A stretch of 64,000 nucleotides of DNA from an uncultured bacterium. GTDB taxonomy: Bacteria > JAUVQV01 > CAWCAY01. Numbering within the stretch: the stretch's first letter is position 1; every line of letters starts with the position of its first letter. The notes under the pieces are model-generated. The model was not told where the DNA came from and did no database searches. It saw nothing but the letters and a program-made list of their open reading frames with translations. The DNA is taken from the NCBI GenBank assembly GCA_963793725.1, contig CAWCAY010000002.1, positions 183,196 through 247,195 of the forward strand, given 5' to 3'. Positions 11,132-21,257 of this stretch are shown in pieces. The translations under genes were made by a program, and so were the position numbers.

Positions 11132-11165
11132 AAAAGGGCGCGATCCGTGAGGATCGCGCCCTGCT
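11132..11165 (-). terminator. Rho-independent terminator after rpsI
   Basis: AGGGCGCGATC-loop-GATCGCGCCCT hairpin with a T-tract on the minus strand. Confidence 0.75.
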
Positions 11166-11184
11166 TGTTCGGTGAAATTGCTGG

Positions 11185-11595
11185 TTACCGCTTGGAGAAC
11201 TGCGGCGCCTTCCGGGCTTTCTTCAGACCGTATTTACGGCGTTCCTTGGCCCGCGGATCCCTGGTCAGGAAACCCGCTTTCTTGAGCGGTGAACGGAACT
11301 CCGTATCCGCCAGCAACAGAGCCCTGGCTATGCCATGCCGCACCGCGCCGGCCTGGCCACTCACGCCGCCTCCCGCCACACTGGCCACCACGTCGTACTT
11401 GTCGGCCACCGCCACGACTTCGAGGGGCTGCCGCACGATCACTTCAAGCAGCCTGCGCCCGAAATAATCACCGACGATCTTACCGTTGACCGTGATCTTG
11501 CCCTGCCCGGAGATCACCCTGACCTTGGCCACCGCGGTCTTGCGGCGGCCCGTCCCGTAATACGTCAATTTCGCTGTCTTCTTTGCACGCGGCAT
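11185..11595 (-). CDS. rpsI: 30S ribosomal protein S9
   Basis: [11 protein letters not shown]...[19 protein letters not shown]. Confidence 0.98.
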   Translation of the reverse strand: MPRAKKTAKLTYYGTGRRKTAVAKVRVISGQGKITVNGKIVGDYFGRRLLEVIVRQPLEVVAVADKYDVVASVAGGGVSGQAGAVRHGIARALLLADTEFRSPLKKAGFLTRDPRAKERRKYGLKKARKAPQFSKR

Positions 11596-11599
11596 ATCC

Positions 11600-12046
11600 T
11601 TACCTCCTGGCGCCTTGGGTTAGATCGTAGGTCTCCGGTTGCTGGGCGGCGTGCGGATGCTCGGCGCCTCGATAGACACGGAGCTTGCGGAGCATTTTTC
11701 GGCCAAGCGGGTTCTTGGGCAGCATTCCTTTGACGGCATGCGTCAAGGCCACCTCAGGACGATTGGCCAGCAGATCTCCATACTTGATCGCTTTGAGCCC
11801 GCCCGGGTACATGGAATGATGGTAGAGGAACTTTTTCTCCCGTTTCTTGCCCGTCACGACCACCTGGCCGACATTGATCACAATCACGTGATCCCCGCAA
11901 TCCACGCCCGGGGTGAACGTGGGCTTGTGCTTGCCGTGCAGGACGCTGGCAACAGCCGTGGCCAACCGGCCCAGGGTCTTTCCCTTGGCGTCAAACACAT
12001 ACCATTTTCGACCGACCTCCGCCGGCTTGGCCATGTACGTTTCCAT
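11600..12046 (-). CDS. rplM: 50S ribosomal protein L13
   Basis: [22 protein letters not shown] and GMLPKN motifs; GGAGGAGG RBS. Confidence 0.98.
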   Translation of the reverse strand: METYMAKPAEVGRKWYVFDAKGKTLGRLATAVASVLHGKHKPTFTPGVDCGDHVIVINVGQVVVTGKKREKKFLYHHSMYPGGLKAIKYGDLLANRPEVALTHAVKGMLPKNPLGRKMLRKLRVYRGAEHPHAAQQPETYDLTQGARR

Positions 12047-12122
12047 CGCCAACCTCCTCCAAGAACAGAACGCGAAGACCCGTCCGTCGTGGGTCGGGCC
12101 TGTTTTACGCGCGGACCACTCT

Positions 12123-12151
12123 ATTATAGCAAAGGGTCTGACGAGCGTCAA
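12123..12151 (-). promoter_or_regulatory. Sigma-A promoter of rplM-rpsI
   Basis: TTGACG-17 bp-TATAAT on the minus strand. Confidence 0.75.
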
Positions 12152-12275
12152 GGACTATGGGGGCTAAGTGGCCAGCATGACTCAATTGCCCCTGTAGTAT
12201 AGCATGAGGACCACTCGGCGTCCAGCCCAATACGCCTGACCTTTCCTGGCGGAGGGTCCGAGGATGTTGGTTCAG

Positions 12276-12518
12276 CTAGAACGTAACCGTGCGGACCGCG
12301 ACCCCCTCAATCTCCTCGAGCCGCTTGGCCAGGTCTCGCACCACGGCGTCCTCACTTTCAAGGGTCAACGTGATTAATCCCCGCCGCCGATCGGGGCTCG
12401 GAATACCGGCGCGCATCAGTATCTCCTCGCCGAATTCGCTGAGCACACCTTGGACTTTGGGCGAGAGGTCCTCCCGATGGTTTAGGGAGATGCCCATGAC
12501 CGTAGTTTTACCCGCCAC
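12276..12518 (-). CDS. TM1266-like small ACT/NikR-C-fold protein (iron-only hydrogenase regulator family)
   Basis: About 80 aa with the pattern VQ.VLSEFG..I..R.GIP...GLI.L...L..IEGV.V. Confidence 0.6.
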   Translation of the reverse strand: MAGKTTVMGISLNHREDLSPKVQGVLSEFGEEILMRAGIPSPDRRRGLITLTLESEDAVVRDLAKRLEEIEGVAVRTVTF

Positions 12519-12555
12519 TTGCCTCACCTCGGGAGTAGTATGTCCAATGGTCGGG

Positions 12556-12966
12556 TTACCGTGCGGTTCCGGTCATGGTCAGTTGGCCATGGCGCACGCC
12601 GCGCTGCGCGCGGAACAGGTCCGCCAGTCCCTGCAGACTGCGGGCTTCGCCCCGTACGACCATCACCTCGAGGCAGTGGTCTTCGTCTAGGTGGACGTGC
12701 AGAGAGGAAATTATCTCGCGGCAATGATCGTGGGCCAAGTCCGTCAGGTGTTCATCCAGTTCCCTCACCCGGTGGTCATAGACCAGGACAATGGCACCGA
12801 CTACTTCCGTACCTGCCTGCCAATCCTGCGAAACCAGTTGTTCGCGCATGAGGTCCCTGATGGCTTCGGACCGATTGGCATACCCCTTGCCCTCAACCAG
12901 CCGGTCGAAACGGGCTAACAAATCCCCTTCGACCGAAACCCCGAAACGAACCAACACCCAAGCCAC
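12556..12966 (-). CDS. nikR: Nickel-responsive regulator NikR
   Basis: RFGVS and NRSEAIRDL (ribbon-helix-helix); HVHLDEDHCLE nickel site. Confidence 0.92.
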   Translation of the reverse strand: MAWVLVRFGVSVEGDLLARFDRLVEGKGYANRSEAIRDLMREQLVSQDWQAGTEVVGAIVLVYDHRVRELDEHLTDLAHDHCREIISSLHVHLDEDHCLEVMVVRGEARSLQGLADLFRAQRGVRHGQLTMTGTAR

Positions 12967-13024
12967 CTCCCCGGTGAACGGCGGACGGCCGTCCGCCTGA
13001 CGACATCACCCGGCGGGGCCGGCG

Positions 13025-13231
13025 TCATCCCTGGTCACTCAGACCCGGCATCGTACTCTTGACGACGGTCTTGACGGCCTTCTCAAACTTGGGCCGCGGG
13101 AGCATGACTACCCGGCCACAGGTCAAACACTTGATGCGGAAGTCCATACCCACCCGCATCACTTCCCAGTCCATGCCGCCGCACGGGTGTACCTTGCGCA
13201 TCCGCACCACATCGCCCAGGTAAAACTTCAT
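13025..13231 (-). CDS. DUF951 family protein
   Basis: GDVVRMRKVHPCG..W...RVGMDFRIKCLTCG. Confidence 0.85.
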   Translation of the reverse strand: MKFYLGDVVRMRKVHPCGGMDWEVMRVGMDFRIKCLTCGRVVMLPRPKFEKAVKTVVKSTMPGLSDQG

Positions 13232-13237
13232 CCGCCG

Positions 13238-14059
13238 TCACCTCAACCTCCAGCGTATCCCGGCCTCAGTCACTGCCTGATACAGGGATCGCCGGAGTTC
13301 CGCCTCGTATTGGACAAGCGATCCTGCCGGCACCTTGAACGACACCCGCCAAGCCGGGCCGGAGGAAGTCGCCACGAGCCCTACCGATCGAGGTGATTCC
13401 ACAAATTCGCGGCCTGCGGCGAATTCATGACAGACCCGTTCGATCAGCTTCTCAAGGAGGACCAGATCGGTCCGGGGGCCGATCGGTACCTCAACCTGCC
13501 CCAAGCGGGCATTGGTGGAAAGAACCGTCACCTGCACGATCTGCCCGTTCGGGATGACGTGCAGGCGTCCATCAGCGTCACGAATCCTCGTCACCCGTAG
13601 CCCCGCTTCCACCACCTCGCCCGTGACGCCGGCGACGATCACCTGATCGCCCACGGCCAGATGGCCCTCGAGAAGGATGAAAAAGCCCGTGATGACATCC
13701 CGGATGAGATGCTGGGCACCGAAGGCGATCGCCACGCCGCCGATTCCGGCGGCCGCGATCAAGGCGCTGATGTTCACGCCGAGCAGGGGTAGGACGGTGC
13801 CAAGGGACAGGAAGTACAGTGTATACCGGAGGAGGGAGGTCAAGGTGGAGGCCAGAGTGTCTGCGCGACGTTTGTCCAGGTAACGGCGATGTACGCGCCC
13901 GCTGACCAGCACCCGCCCGATCCCAGCCCTGGCAAAGCGATAGATGATGACAGCAGCCAAGATCACCGCCGCGGCCTTGATGATGTCCCGTCCGGGGCCG
14001 CCGAAAAAAATCCGCGCTTCGGCCCAGGCTAGCATGTAGCGGAATCGCTTCCCCGGCAC
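13238..14059 (-). CDS. MscS family mechanosensitive channel
   Basis: AGIGGVAIAFGAQ.LIRDVITGFF, GLRVTRIR and IPNG motifs. Confidence 0.9.
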   Translation of the reverse strand: MPGKRFRYMLAWAEARIFFGGPGRDIIKAAAVILAAVIIYRFARAGIGRVLVSGRVHRRYLDKRRADTLASTLTSLLRYTLYFLSLGTVLPLLGVNISALIAAAGIGGVAIAFGAQHLIRDVITGFFILLEGHLAVGDQVIVAGVTGEVVEAGLRVTRIRDADGRLHVIPNGQIVQVTVLSTNARLGQVEVPIGPRTDLVLLEKLIERVCHEFAAGREFVESPRSVGLVATSSGPAWRVSFKVPAGSLVQYEAELRRSLYQAVTEAGIRWRLR

Positions 14060-14289
14060 GTGGAGAGGACCCGTGCCAACTGATCGGGACAGGACGTACC
14101 ATTCTGGCAGACGATGCCCTGGAGGAGGGTGACGAGCTCATCAACGCGGCTGCCGATCGCCAAGCGGCCCAATGCTTCGAGATTGCCCCGACAGCCGTCG
14201 GCAAAGCGCAACTCCTTGACCACATCACCTTCGACGGTCACGGTAATCTCGGTTGAGCAGGTCCCTACCGGTCGGAAGACACGGCGCAC
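14029..14289 (-). CDS. TIGR03905-type TSCPD-domain small protein
   Basis: GTCS..I, GCRGNL and GIVC..GTSCPDQLA motifs. Confidence 0.85.
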   Translation of the reverse strand: MRRVFRPVGTCSTEITVTVEGDVVKELRFADGCRGNLEALGRLAIGSRVDELVTLLQGIVCQNGTSCPDQLARVLSTCRGSDSATC

Positions 14290-14353
14290 GTTGCCACCTC
14301 CATGCTTACCGCCAATCCCGGTTAAATCCCGGACTCTCGTTGTAGTGCTAGTG

Positions 14354-15173
14354 CTATGGTTCGCGGCCCTCATGCAGCCAATCCTCACCGCTGTATTTCC
14401 GCATGAGGTCCTCGGTCAGATCTTCCTCGACCGCCGACAGACGGCCATCCACGATCTCGACCCGCAAGGCATCGGAAAAACCAATGGCCAATGCCCATGC
14501 AAGCTCTGGCGGGGTGAGTCCCTGGCCGAAACTCCGCGAGCCCGGCGGCCACCCGAGCCAGACGGCTTGCCAGGTCCCGCCCGTTGGTGGGGACCAATAG
14601 TACATCGGCAAGATCCGTTGGCGAAAAATCAATCGCGATCGACCCGTGTTGGAGCAAGTTAGGGCCCTCGCGCTTCTGCGCGCTCCCCGCGACCTTGCGC
14701 CCGGAGATCGTCAGTTCGTACCATGAGGGACTGGCAAAGCAGGCCGGGCTTCCGCGGGGCCCGGTACCGCCCGCCGGCGTATAGAGACGCGCGGTTAAAC
14801 CGAGCTTGGTCAGACCGGCCAGAATGCCCCGACTCAGCTGGAGGTAGGCGGGGATAGTACCCGGCGGCAGACCATCGGACTCTCCGGCGATTACGGCGTA
14901 GGTAAGATCGCCCTGATGGAGCACGGCCCGTCCGCCGGTGGGCCTCCTCACGACTTGGTACCCGCGGCGGGCCAAGGACGTCAGATTGACCTCACGCGCC
15001 ACATCCTGAAAGCGGCCACAGGACACGGCCGGCGGGTCCCAGGTATAGAAGCGGAGGGTCGGTGGAACCCGGCCCTCCGTATAGGCTCGGAAAATTGCCT
15101 CGTCGGTGGCCATGTTCCGGGCGGCATCACCTGCCGACAGCGGCAACAGGCGCCATGGTCGGCCCACGGTCAA
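14354..15173 (-). CDS. Lipoate-protein ligase / octanoyltransferase LipM-like (frameshift near 14520)
   Basis: NMATDEA, RRPTGGRAVLH and KVAGSAQ..LQHGSI motifs. Confidence 0.85.
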
Positions 15174-15550
15174 TCCTTCTTGGCCAACGGTTCGTACCCT
15201 TCGGCGGAGAGTAAGCCCGCCAACTGCCCGCTGTCGCTCAGCTCGATGACGGCGATCCAGCCTTTGCCGTAAGGGTCCTGGTTCACGAACTCGGGGCTGT
15301 GCTCCAAATCGTCGTTGACCGCGACAATTTCCCCGCTCAGCGGGGCAAAGACGTCGGAAACAGCCTTGACCGACTCAACCGAGGCCAATGTGGCGCCGAT
15401 TTCCAACTTTTCACCCAAAGCGGGCAGATCCACATAGACGACATCACCCAATTCATGCTGGGCAAAATCCGTCACGCCGATCGTTGCGCGGTCCCCATCC
15501 ACTTTGACCCATTCGTGGTCCCTGGTGTATTTTAGCTCCCGTGGAACCAT
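15170..15550 (-). CDS. gcvH: Glycine cleavage H / lipoyl carrier protein
   Basis: KYTRDHEW, ESVKAVSD (lipoyl Lys) and NQDPYGKGW motifs. Confidence 0.95.
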   Translation of the reverse strand: MVPRELKYTRDHEWVKVDGDRATIGVTDFAQHELGDVVYVDLPALGEKLEIGATLASVESVKAVSDVFAPLSGEIVAVNDDLEHSPEFVNQDPYGKGWIAVIELSDSGQLAGLLSAEGYEPLAKKD

Positions 15551-15751
15551 TATCAGCCCCTCCAGTCCGCCATTGGTGGTATTCCAGGGCACTACAATTT
15601 GCTTCGACGAAGGATCAGCTTTTCCTCCCGGTACGGGAAACTATCCGCGCGGACGCGAAAGGTTCTTTCCCCGGCCAGGCAAGCTTTGGCACTTGAGATC
15701 AGGTCTCTAACATATACTGTACCGAACGACCAGGCGCGAGGAGGGATCCCC

Positions 15752-15838
15752 TTGTTTCGTCTTCTATCCTTGGTGCTCAATCCGATCCTGAAGAAACACC
15801 ACAAGACGGTGATTATGATCGTTCGGCGCCGCCGATGA
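15752..15838 (+). CDS. Putative 28-aa basic small protein
   Basis: GAGGAGG RBS 7 nt before a TTG start; MFRLLSLVLNPILKKHHKTVIMIVRRRR; upstream AC-18-CATATACT. Confidence 0.45.
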   Translation: MFRLLSLVLNPILKKHHKTVIMIVRRRR

Positions 15839-15874
15839 CATATGGGCCGCGCGTGCCGCCGTTTCAGGACCGCG

Positions 15875-16564
15875 CTAATACCCCACGCCCGCCAGGGCAA
15901 GGACGACCTGGACAACCAATGCCGGGAGCAAGTTCGCCACCCTGAACTGTTTAATCTCGGCGATCGTCAGGCCAATCGCGAGTACCAGAAAACCTCCTAC
16001 CGTGTTGAGCCCGGACAGAATGAGCCCCTCCTGGAGCCGATGTAGATATGTGGCGGCAAAGGTGATCGATCCCTGATAGATCAGGACGGGCACCGTGGAA
16101 AGGAGCACGCCGGGACCCAGCGTCGCGGCAAGGGGAATGGAGGCAATTCCGTCCAGGGCTGATTTGGTCGCCAGTAGCCGGTAATCCCGGCTCAATCCAT
16201 CCGCCAGACTGCCCATGATCGCCAATGGCCCTACGCAGAACAGCAGGGTGGCCGCTAGAAATCCCTGCCCGGAGGATGCCCCCGCCCCGCCGAAACGGCG
16301 CAGGATCCGTTCACCTGTGCTATGCAAACGTTCCTCGAACCGTAACCCTTCCCCGATCAGCCCCCCGATTACCAGACTTATCAACGCGGACAGCAGTGCT
16401 TTGCCCGGCCACAGCATACGCAGGCCGACCACCATCGTAAAAAGCCCCATCACATGCATTATCGCCCTGGTAGTACGGTCAGGCAAGGCCTTCTTCCCGA
16501 TCAGGCCGATCGCGCCGCCGATCAAGATGGTAATGATGTTGATTGCCGTTCCTAATCCCTGCAA
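15875..16564 (-). CDS. DUF554 family membrane protein
   Basis: GTAIN, FCVGPLAIMGSL.DG, KSALDG and ANLLPAL motifs. Confidence 0.9.
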   Translation of the reverse strand: MQGLGTAINIITILIGGAIGLIGKKALPDRTTRAIMHVMGLFTMVVGLRMLWPGKALLSALISLVIGGLIGEGLRFEERLHSTGERILRRFGGAGASSGQGFLAATLLFCVGPLAIMGSLADGLSRDYRLLATKSALDGIASIPLAATLGPGVLLSTVPVLIYQGSITFAATYLHRLQEGLILSGLNTVGGFLVLAIGLTIAEIKQFRVANLLPALVVQVVLALAGVGY

Positions 16565-16606
16565 TTGTGCCTCCCTTTTTCCCGGCGTTGTTGCCGGGGA
16601 GTATGT

Positions 16607-17062
16607 TTATCCTTCGTCCTTCTCCTGGCGATCAGCCCTATGCGGACCACGGTAGATCAGGAGGGCGCCGCCCGCGCCGATCAGGATAATGGGCCAAAGG
16701 TAGCGGCGGAACTCACGGAGGAACGACGTGAGCCAGCCACCGGTCAGCCGCTCGGCCAGGAGGAAGGATCCTACCGCAACGAGCAGCCATCCTGCGACCA
16801 GGCCGAGACGGCGCCCGTCCGGCCTCGCCGTGTTACCCGCTGTCTGTACCGTTTCGCCGGAAGCGGCGGGCCTGACCGGCAGGACGAACCATGCCAACAC
16901 GTAGGCGCCAATGCCCCAGAAGGCGAAGGGGATGGTGAAAAGCCCCCATGCCAACCGGATCAGGTTCGCATCCACACGCCATGATTCTGCTAAGCCCCCG
17001 CAGATACCGGCGATAAACCGGTCGTTCTCCGATCCATGCAAACCAAGAGAATCAATGGACAT
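16607..17062 (-). CDS. PspC domain membrane protein
   Basis: DRFIAGICGGLAE..D.NLIRL and AYVLAWFVLP; C-terminal WPIILI segment. Confidence 0.85.
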   Translation of the reverse strand: MSIDSLGLHGSENDRFIAGICGGLAESWRVDANLIRLAWGLFTIPFAFWGIGAYVLAWFVLPVRPAASGETVQTAGNTARPDGRRLGLVAGWLLVAVGSFLLAERLTGGWLTSFLREFRRYLWPIILIGAGGALLIYRGPHRADRQEKDEG

Positions 17063-17065
17063 ACC

Positions 17066-17555
17066 TTATCCCTCCTGGAATTTCACCCGTGCGGCCGCGA
17101 TCCTGGCCGCCAGGCCGGTCGTCGAACAGCCGGGAATCGTGGGCAGGAAGACAAGCTCCACACCGCAGCTCAATGCGACATCGGTCTCTGGAAGACTGGA
17201 CGGCTGGTAGTCTCCGCCCTTGACATACACATCGGGCCTGATCTCGCGGATTATCTCTCCCGCAGTTACCTCGGCGAAAATGAAGGCGAAATCGACCGGC
17301 GTCAGGCCGGCAACCAACTCCACGCGTTCCCCGGCCGGCACGAATGGCCGCTCCGGGCCCTTTAACAATCTCACCACCGGGTCGTCGTTGATCCCCACGA
17401 ACAAGACATCTCCCCTGTCCCGTGCCGCGCAAAGGCTGCGTAAATGTCCGATGTGCAGCAGATCAAAGCAGCCATTGGTCAGAACGATCCTTCGCCCCTG
17501 GCGGTGGAGTTCCGCGGCCAAGCGGTCCGGCCTCGTTCCGTAGGATAACGGACAC
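17066..17555 (-). CDS. RfaE domain II-like (ADP-heptose) nucleotidyltransferase; frameshift near the start
   Basis: TNGCFDLLHIGH, KGPERP, VKGGDY and STT motifs. Confidence 0.85.
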
Positions 17556-17561
17556 CTCGGC

Positions 17562-18552
17562 TCACTCCTCGGCCGGTCCGATGACCGGTCGTCTCGCCCG
17601 CCCTGAGCAGCCGCCAAAAAAAGAAGCCTCCCAGGACCAGGGTGAGATAAAACGTATAGACCTTCCACAACCCGACGAAGATACCTGCCTGCCCCGGGCC
17701 GGAGGACCGGCGCGAAGACCCCGAGGAGCAACAACTCCGAACCACCGCTGCCCCCGGGCGTGGGCAGTAGGACCTGCAGGAAATTGAAGATCAACTGCGC
17801 ACCGAGCACGTACCCCCAGGGAACGCTCGAGACCGAGGCCCATGAGGATAATCGGGGCCACCAGGAGATAGAAAAACCAGTAGGCGATGGTCAGGACCGC
17901 CACGGCCAGAAATGGCCCGGCGCCCCCGCCGGCCATCGCGGCCAAGCCCTTGCGGAAAAGCGCGATACTCCTGACGCCAACGGCGAAAGGCCGTTATACC
18001 TGGCGGGAGCCGTGTCCGCAAACGGCGCCAGACCAACCCGGCCAAGGTCAGCACGGCCAAAGGCCCGATCGCCACCCACCTGAACCAGCCGGGAACACGA
18101 TAGGTCAACCCTTCGCGGCCAGGCTCAAGACCGCCGGTACCGCCACCAGAAAGGCCAGCGAGATTCGCGCCGAGGTCCACCGCGGTCAGGGCGGTAGCCG
18201 CTCCAACGGGCAACGCCCTCGCGGTGGATCAGATAAACCTGCATCGGCACGCCGCCCGCGCTAAAAGGCGTGATATGCGAGACGAAACAAGTGGTCAGAT
18301 AGATCTCCAGGAAACGCCGGAATGCGAATCCTGGTGCCCATCGCCCGGGCAATGACCCACATCCGACCCGCCTTGGCCAGCCAGACCAGGAGGATGCAAA
18401 ACCCGCCCGGCCAGCAATGCCGGGGAGCGATCTGACGCCACGCGCCGATGGCGCTCCCGCCGCGTAGAGAGGAGGACACGCCGAGCATCGCGAGACGCTA
18501 AAGAAAACCGAACTGGAGACGCCCCGCCAGATGGACCGCTGGCGAACCTCAA
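17562..18552 (-). CDS. LPG-synthase-like transmembrane (UPF0104 flippase-like) protein, multiple frameshifts
   Basis: ITPFSAGGVPMQ and PTPGGSGGSE motifs found in different frames. Confidence 0.7.
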
Positions 18553-18559
18553 ACCCCGG

Positions 18560-19627
18560 TCCTCCCCCTGAATGTCCGTCGGCGAGTCTGGCGCAAGTGC
18601 GCGATGACCGCGCTCTCCACCTCTTCGACGGCGATTGCCTCCATACATTGGGCACGACACATCTTGGCCAATACTGACCCAAGCCCCCGCGAAATCGGAA
18701 GCACGGGCTGCAGGCAAAGACTTGTAGATCACGGTGTGCCCGGCCCCGCAGGGGCTGAACTGAGACGGGCTGGTGGGACCGAACAGGCCGATGTCCGGGT
18801 GCCCACCGCCGCCGCAATGTGGAGGGGGGCGGAATCGTTGCCGATGAAAAGCTGGCAGCGGGCGATCAGGGCGGCCGTTTCCTTGATATGCAGTCTTGCC
18901 CACGGCCAGCACCGGCGATTGAACGGGTCATGCTTCGCCATGGCCGAGGCAAGCTCGCATGTCCTCGGGTCCGCCGACCACCACGACGCGGTTGCCCCGG
19001 CCGACAGGATGTCGGCCAATTGCGCATACCGCTCGACCGGCCATCGTTTAGCGGAAAGTAGCGCCCGCCCGGGTGGATGGCGACGAGCGGGGTGCGTCAG
19101 GTGGTGTGCGGCCATAAAGGAAGCCTGCGCCTGTCCTGCTCGACCGGCGTAAGAGCAATTCCAGCCGCCTGCTCGTCAGGAACGGCGCCGCCGAGCATTC
19201 TGACCACGGCCAGGCAGTACTCGACGACATGAGACGAGGGCTCCTCTTTGACCGAACCGGGCTCCGAAAGGGAGAGCAGCGGCGAAGGGAAACCGGCCTT
19301 GAACGGAGTGCCGCAGAAGCAGGCCAGCCAACTGCCCTGGTTGGAGAGACCGAGGGCAAGATCGAACCCCAACTGGCTGAACTCCACAACGGCGCGAAGA
19401 GTATCCAGGCCGCTGCGGCAGACGCGAAAAAGATCGAGGTAGGGTAAACCCTGCAGCACGTCGCCGGCGCGGGCCGAGGCGAGCACGACGATAGTGGCCG
19501 CGGGAAAGCTTTTGCGCAGGGCTCTGAGCGCCGGAATGGCAAAAATGGTATCGCCGATCGGTCCGATCTGCAGGACCAGGATACGACGGATCTCGGCTGT
19601 ACGCAGACCGGGTCTTCTCACGTTCAA
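18560..19627 (-). CDS. GT9 (heptosyltransferase-like) glycosyltransferase, multiple frameshifts
   Basis: IGDTIFAIPALRALR, HVVEY, KRWPVERY and FIGNDSAPLHIAAAVG..LFGPT motifs. Confidence 0.85.
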
Positions 19628-19649
19628 GGGCTTCCCCACAGCCGGGGCG

Positions 19650-21109
19650 TCACGGGCGCAGGATCGGGGCGACGGCTGTTCCTGCCGAGGGGGAGCCCAA
19701 TTGCCGAAACGCGGGGACCCGATGCCGCGTTTGACGATCCTTCTTGACCGGCGGGTAGTAGAAGCCACCTGCCGATCTGTTCGCGAACGGTGCGGCCGAT
19801 CGGGCCAGGTCAATAGTCCGCCAGAGTTGCACTTTGTAACCGTCCCGGCCCTCCTGGGTCACGGCCTGCACGCCCGCGGCCAAGGCCGGGATCGTTCTCC
19901 ACCACCGTTTCAAAGGGAATCGTTCCTTGACCTCCACTCCAGTCTTCACCATCGGCTTGATGTCCCGGTGGCCGACCACGGCGATCGTCAGACGGGAGCC
20001 GATGATGCTGGCGGCGATCAGGACCGGCCGACCGGTGTCATTGGCGAAAACGAAATCGACCGCGTCATAGACGACGGTCGCATCCCGTCCCAACGGCACA
20101 TAAGTGCTCGGCAGGCTGTGGCTGCTGCGTTTGACGATCGGGAGGCCGGCAGAGAGCGACCGCGTTGAAGAGCGTGCCGGAGACCTGGCAGACCCCGCCG
20201 CCCACTCCCAGAACCAAGCGGTTTCTTGAGGACCACCGGCTGCTTCCATGTAGCCCTTTTCGGGCACGCGCGGGCCGACGTGCTCGTTGAAAGAGAACTC
20301 CTCGCCCGGCTTGATGACCTGACCGTCCAAGGTTGCCGCGGCCATCTCGAGATTGTGGGTCCGCTGGGTATCCCGGCGCATCGAATTTGGTCACATAAAA
20401 CCCTAGAACTTGGTCGAGAGGCCAGACCCACCACTTCGTCCCTTGAGAGCGCGGGCTTGACCGTCACGACCGGCAGTTCATGCTCGCGTCGGCCAGCGGC
20501 ACGAAGCTCCCCTGTACTATGGCCTGGAGCCCTTTCTCGGTCGAGTCTCCGCCCGTCCTTTCCCAAATCGGTGCTGAGCTTACCGTTGAGATCCACGGCA
20601 AGATGAGCCGCCACAGGTTCCAGGTTGACCTCGGCTTCGAGTACTTCGGCAGATGCCGCCCATGCCCCGTGGTTGACCGAGCTGATGAGAGGCAGGCCGA
20701 TTCCTTCCCGCGCAACAAGCCTCCGCTCGCGCAACCTGCGCCAGCAGACCCCCCCGACGACCGATACGCATTGCCTGGCCAAGCGACGAATCATAGTCAG
20801 GGGTCAGGCCGCCGAGGATGGGAGTCAAGGACCAGGAATGCTCGCCTAGCAGAAAAGTGACCGGCGTCCGGCCCAGGTCCGTACCGCGGCTCTCGAGTAT
20901 GCCCCGGGCTTCGCTCGACCTTGAGCCCGCCCACCGGGTATGCCCGCAATGGACACCCCGCGCAAGACGCGATCGTCAGTGGGCTTTGGCAACTGAAAGC
21001 CGGCCACCGTCCCTGCCAGCACGAGCGACAGGAGTAGGGCCACGAGCGGCCAGCCAAAACAAAAACGGCGCCTGGTTGCCGTTTTCACGTCTTCTTCAGG
21101 CTTCATCAT
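19650..21109 (-). CDS. VanW family protein with G5 domain, multiple frameshifts
   Basis: RTHN..AA..LDG.VI.PGEEFSFN..VGPR, GGGVCQVS.TLFNAV, YVPLGRDATV and Q.GRDGY motifs. Confidence 0.85.
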
Positions 21110-21190
21110 AGTGATGTTATTATACCTCCTTTGTCCGCGATTGAAAAGGAAACCGTGACGAAGCCATCCTTATCGCTGGAGCCTTGCTGC

Positions 21191-21220
21191 GCATAACAGT
21201 CCAAATCTTGACATAGACTA
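21191..21220 (+). promoter_or_regulatory. Possible sporulation-sigma promoter for yyaC
   Basis: GCATA-16 bp-CATAGACTA; which sporulation sigma factor is uncertain. Confidence 0.35.
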
Positions 21221-21257
21221 AGTTATCTTTGCCGTGTGGTAATTCGGAGGGAACGGC

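Noticed and set aside
3364-15550. Macrodomain + GcvH-L + lipoate ligase (SirTM-type) system
   Set aside because: The macrodomain gene is more than 10 kb away across the suspected joins, and no sirtuin gene is seen.
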